From: Pseudomonadota bacterium
Lineage (GTDB): Bacteria > Pseudomonadota > Gammaproteobacteria > Enterobacterales > Alteromonadaceae
Length of the DNA: 64,000 nucleotides
NCBI GenBank assembly: GCA_051747845.1
Contig: JBNJGQ010000001.1
Location: 5,970 to 69,969 of the forward strand
Direction: 5' to 3'
This document shows positions 62,240 through 64,000 of the stretch, in pieces. How positions within the stretch are numbered: position 1 is the stretch's first letter; every line of letters begins with the position of its first letter. The notes under the pieces were generated by a model. The model was not told the DNA's origin. It ran no database searches and worked only from the letters and a program-made list of their open reading frames with translations. The translations under genes were made by a program, and so were the position numbers.

Positions 62240-63592
62240 CTAGCGAAGCGTGACGAATTCCTCAGCGCTAGTAGGGTGCAGCGCCACAGTTGAGTCTAAA
62301 TCAGCTTTTGTCGCACCCATTTTCAGAGCAACGGCAAAGCCTTGTAAAATTTCATCCATGCCTTCGCCAATGCCGTGAATACCAACCACTTTTTCCTCTT
62401 TGCCCTGACAGACCAGTTTAAAGTAGCTGAGGGCGCGGTGTGGGGTTACTGCATTGTACATTGCCGCGAACGATGACTTATACACGGTAATGTTGTCTTC
62501 ACCGAATTTCAGCTTTGCGTCTTCTTCGCTCAGTCCGACTGTGCCAATGGTGGGGTGGCTGAATACAACAGTTGGAATGTTTTCAAAGTCCATGTGCGCG
62601 TTCGGCATGTTGTTAAACAAGCGTTCTGCCAGTAAGCGTCCGGCCTTTATTGCAACAGGTGTGAGCGCGGCTGCGCCGGTATTGTCACCAACAGCATAAA
62701 TGCCTTGTACGTTTGTATTCTGGAACTTATCGACATTAATGAAGCCATCGTTATCCAGCTCAACACCGGTGCATTCCAGGTTGATGTTGTCAGTTGATGG
62801 CACACGGCCTATGGCCCATACCAGACAGTCCACACCGTCCATGGTTTTGCCGCCTTCAAAGTGCAGCGTTAAGGTACCGTCGTCTTGCTTAACCACTTCA
62901 CGAACGGTGGTTTCTGTATGAAGTTCAGGGCCGTCCTGTTTCATGCGTTCCAGTAAACCGTCGGTAATGTCTTTGTCGAAGGTGCGCAGCGGTCGGTCAC
63001 GACGTACCAGCAAATGCGTGTCTGTGCCCAGGGCATGGAACACGCCCGCAATTTCAACGGCAATATAACCAGCGCCAACAACAGCCGCTTTTTTAGGTTG
63101 TTCGGTTAATGCGAAAAAGCCGTCAGAGTCGATACCATGCTCTGCGCCCGGAATTTCAGGGATCATCGGGCGTCCGCCGGTGGCAATGGTAATATGGTCT
63201 GCAGTAATCTTTTCGCCATTTACTTCAACGGTTTTGTGGTCGACAAACTTGGCGAAGCCCTCAATAAATTCAACTCCGTTACTCTGGAAACCGCGGTGGT
63301 AACCGCCATGAATGCGCTCTATGTACGCTTCGCGATTATGCACCATGGTTGCCCAGTCAAAACCTTTTTGCTCAAGGTCAAAGCCATAAGATGGTGAATA
63401 CTTGATGGCTTCCGCAATATGAGCCCCATACCACATGACTTTCTTGGGTACACAACCCACGTTTACGCAGGTACCGCCAACGAATTTTGCTTCAATAACG
63501 GCGGCCTTTGCACCACGAATGGCGGCACGGTTGGCTGAGGCAATACCGCCACTGCCGGCACCTATCGCAAGATAGTCATAATGTCTGCTCAT
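62240..63592 (-). CDS. gor: Glutathione reductase
   Basis: [37 protein letters not shown]. Confidence 0.97.
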   Translation of the reverse strand: MSRHYDYLAIGAGSGGIASANRAAIRGAKAAVIEAKFVGGTCVNVGCVPKKVMWYGAHIAEAIKYSPSYGFDLEQKGFDWATMVHNREAYIERIHGGYHRGFQSNGVEFIEGFAKFVDHKTVEVNGEKITADHITIATGGRPMIPEIPGAEHGIDSDGFFALTEQPKKAAVVGAGYIAVEIAGVFHALGTDTHLLVRRDRPLRTFDKDITDGLLERMKQDGPELHTETTVREVVKQDDGTLTLHFEGGKTMDGVDCLVWAIGRVPSTDNINLECTGVELDNDGFINVDKFQNTNVQGIYAVGDNTGAAALTPVAIKAGRLLAERLFNNMPNAHMDFENIPTVVFSHPTIGTVGLSEEDAKLKFGEDNITVYKSSFAAMYNAVTPHRALSYFKLVCQGKEEKVVGIHGIGEGMDEILQGFAVALKMGATKADLDSTVALHPTSAEEFVTLR

Positions 63593-63639
63593 ACTGCTTA
63601 ACTCCTGTGCTTAATTCAAAAACTGCGCATATCTTGAAT

Positions 63640-63675
63640 AAAAACCCCGTATCTTGCAAATAAAGACACGGGGTT
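63640..63675 (-). terminator. Intrinsic terminator after the S9 peptidase
   Basis: AACCCCGT...ACGGGGTT stem followed on minus by TTTATT. Confidence 0.6.
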
Positions 63676-63730
63676 GTCATGCTTTTTATACCGATAGCGG
63701 TAATCGAAAGATCAGTTTATAACGCTGCTA

Positions 63731-64000
63731 CTAACGACCGCCGGCCGGTAAGTTTTCTTTGACGAACTTGGTCATCATGGTGCGCAGGTGCAGAGTGGTA
63801 CCTTCACCTTCGTAAATACCATGCGAGCGGTTCGGGTAAGCAAAAAATTCAAACTGCTTACCGTGTTTAATTAACTCATTAACCAGGCGCTCGCTGCCCT
63901 GGAAGTGAACGTTGTCGTCGCCTGTGCCATGTACTAACAATAAGTCGCCTTCCAGATTTTCGGCATGAGTAATCGCCGAAGTTTCTTTATAGCGCTCTGC
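63731..64000 (-). CDS. S9B dipeptidyl-peptidase IV-like protein, 3' end (partial)
   Basis: LLLVHGTGDDNVH (catalytic Asp) and YPNRSHGI (catalytic His); frame open to the window end. Confidence 0.88.
   Translation of the reverse strand, partial: AERYKETSAITHAENLEGDLLLVHGTGDDNVHFQGSERLVNELIKHGKQFEFFAYPNRSHGIYEGEGTTLHLRTMMTKFVKENLPAGGR

Overview
A 64-kb chromosomal window from a marine/halophilic gammaproteobacterium, most consistent with Idiomarina (inferred from the pyp-pcl pair, gene order and proteolysis-rich content). Most of it is conserved housekeeping backbone: gmk-rpoZ-spoT-ridA, trmH-recG-ubiEJB-tatABCD, hemB, gppA-rhlB, trxA-rho-ubiD-fre, hemH, gdhA and gor. Interspersed are a photoactive yellow protein locus, a TPP-riboswitch thiamine-salvage operon, five c-di-GMP domain proteins, an AT-richer three-gene insert and a small patch of gene remnants. 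I saw no rRNA, tRNA, CRISPR array, integrase or transposase. Best candidates for something new: (1) a tRNA-Val(UAC) anticodon stem-loop mimic in the 5' leader of the tRNA U34 hydroxylase gene trhO; (2) a translationally coupled CorA-like membrane protein + GNAT-fold protein + atypical CDF transporter module with its own palindromic operator; (3) an acyl-carrier-protein-like DSL domain at the N-terminus of the PYP-activating p-coumarate ligase; (4) a Cys-retaining LOV-like domain in a GGDEF-EAL protein and an I-site-only degenerate GGDEF protein beside pyp. All calls come from motif recognition by eye; no database searches were run.
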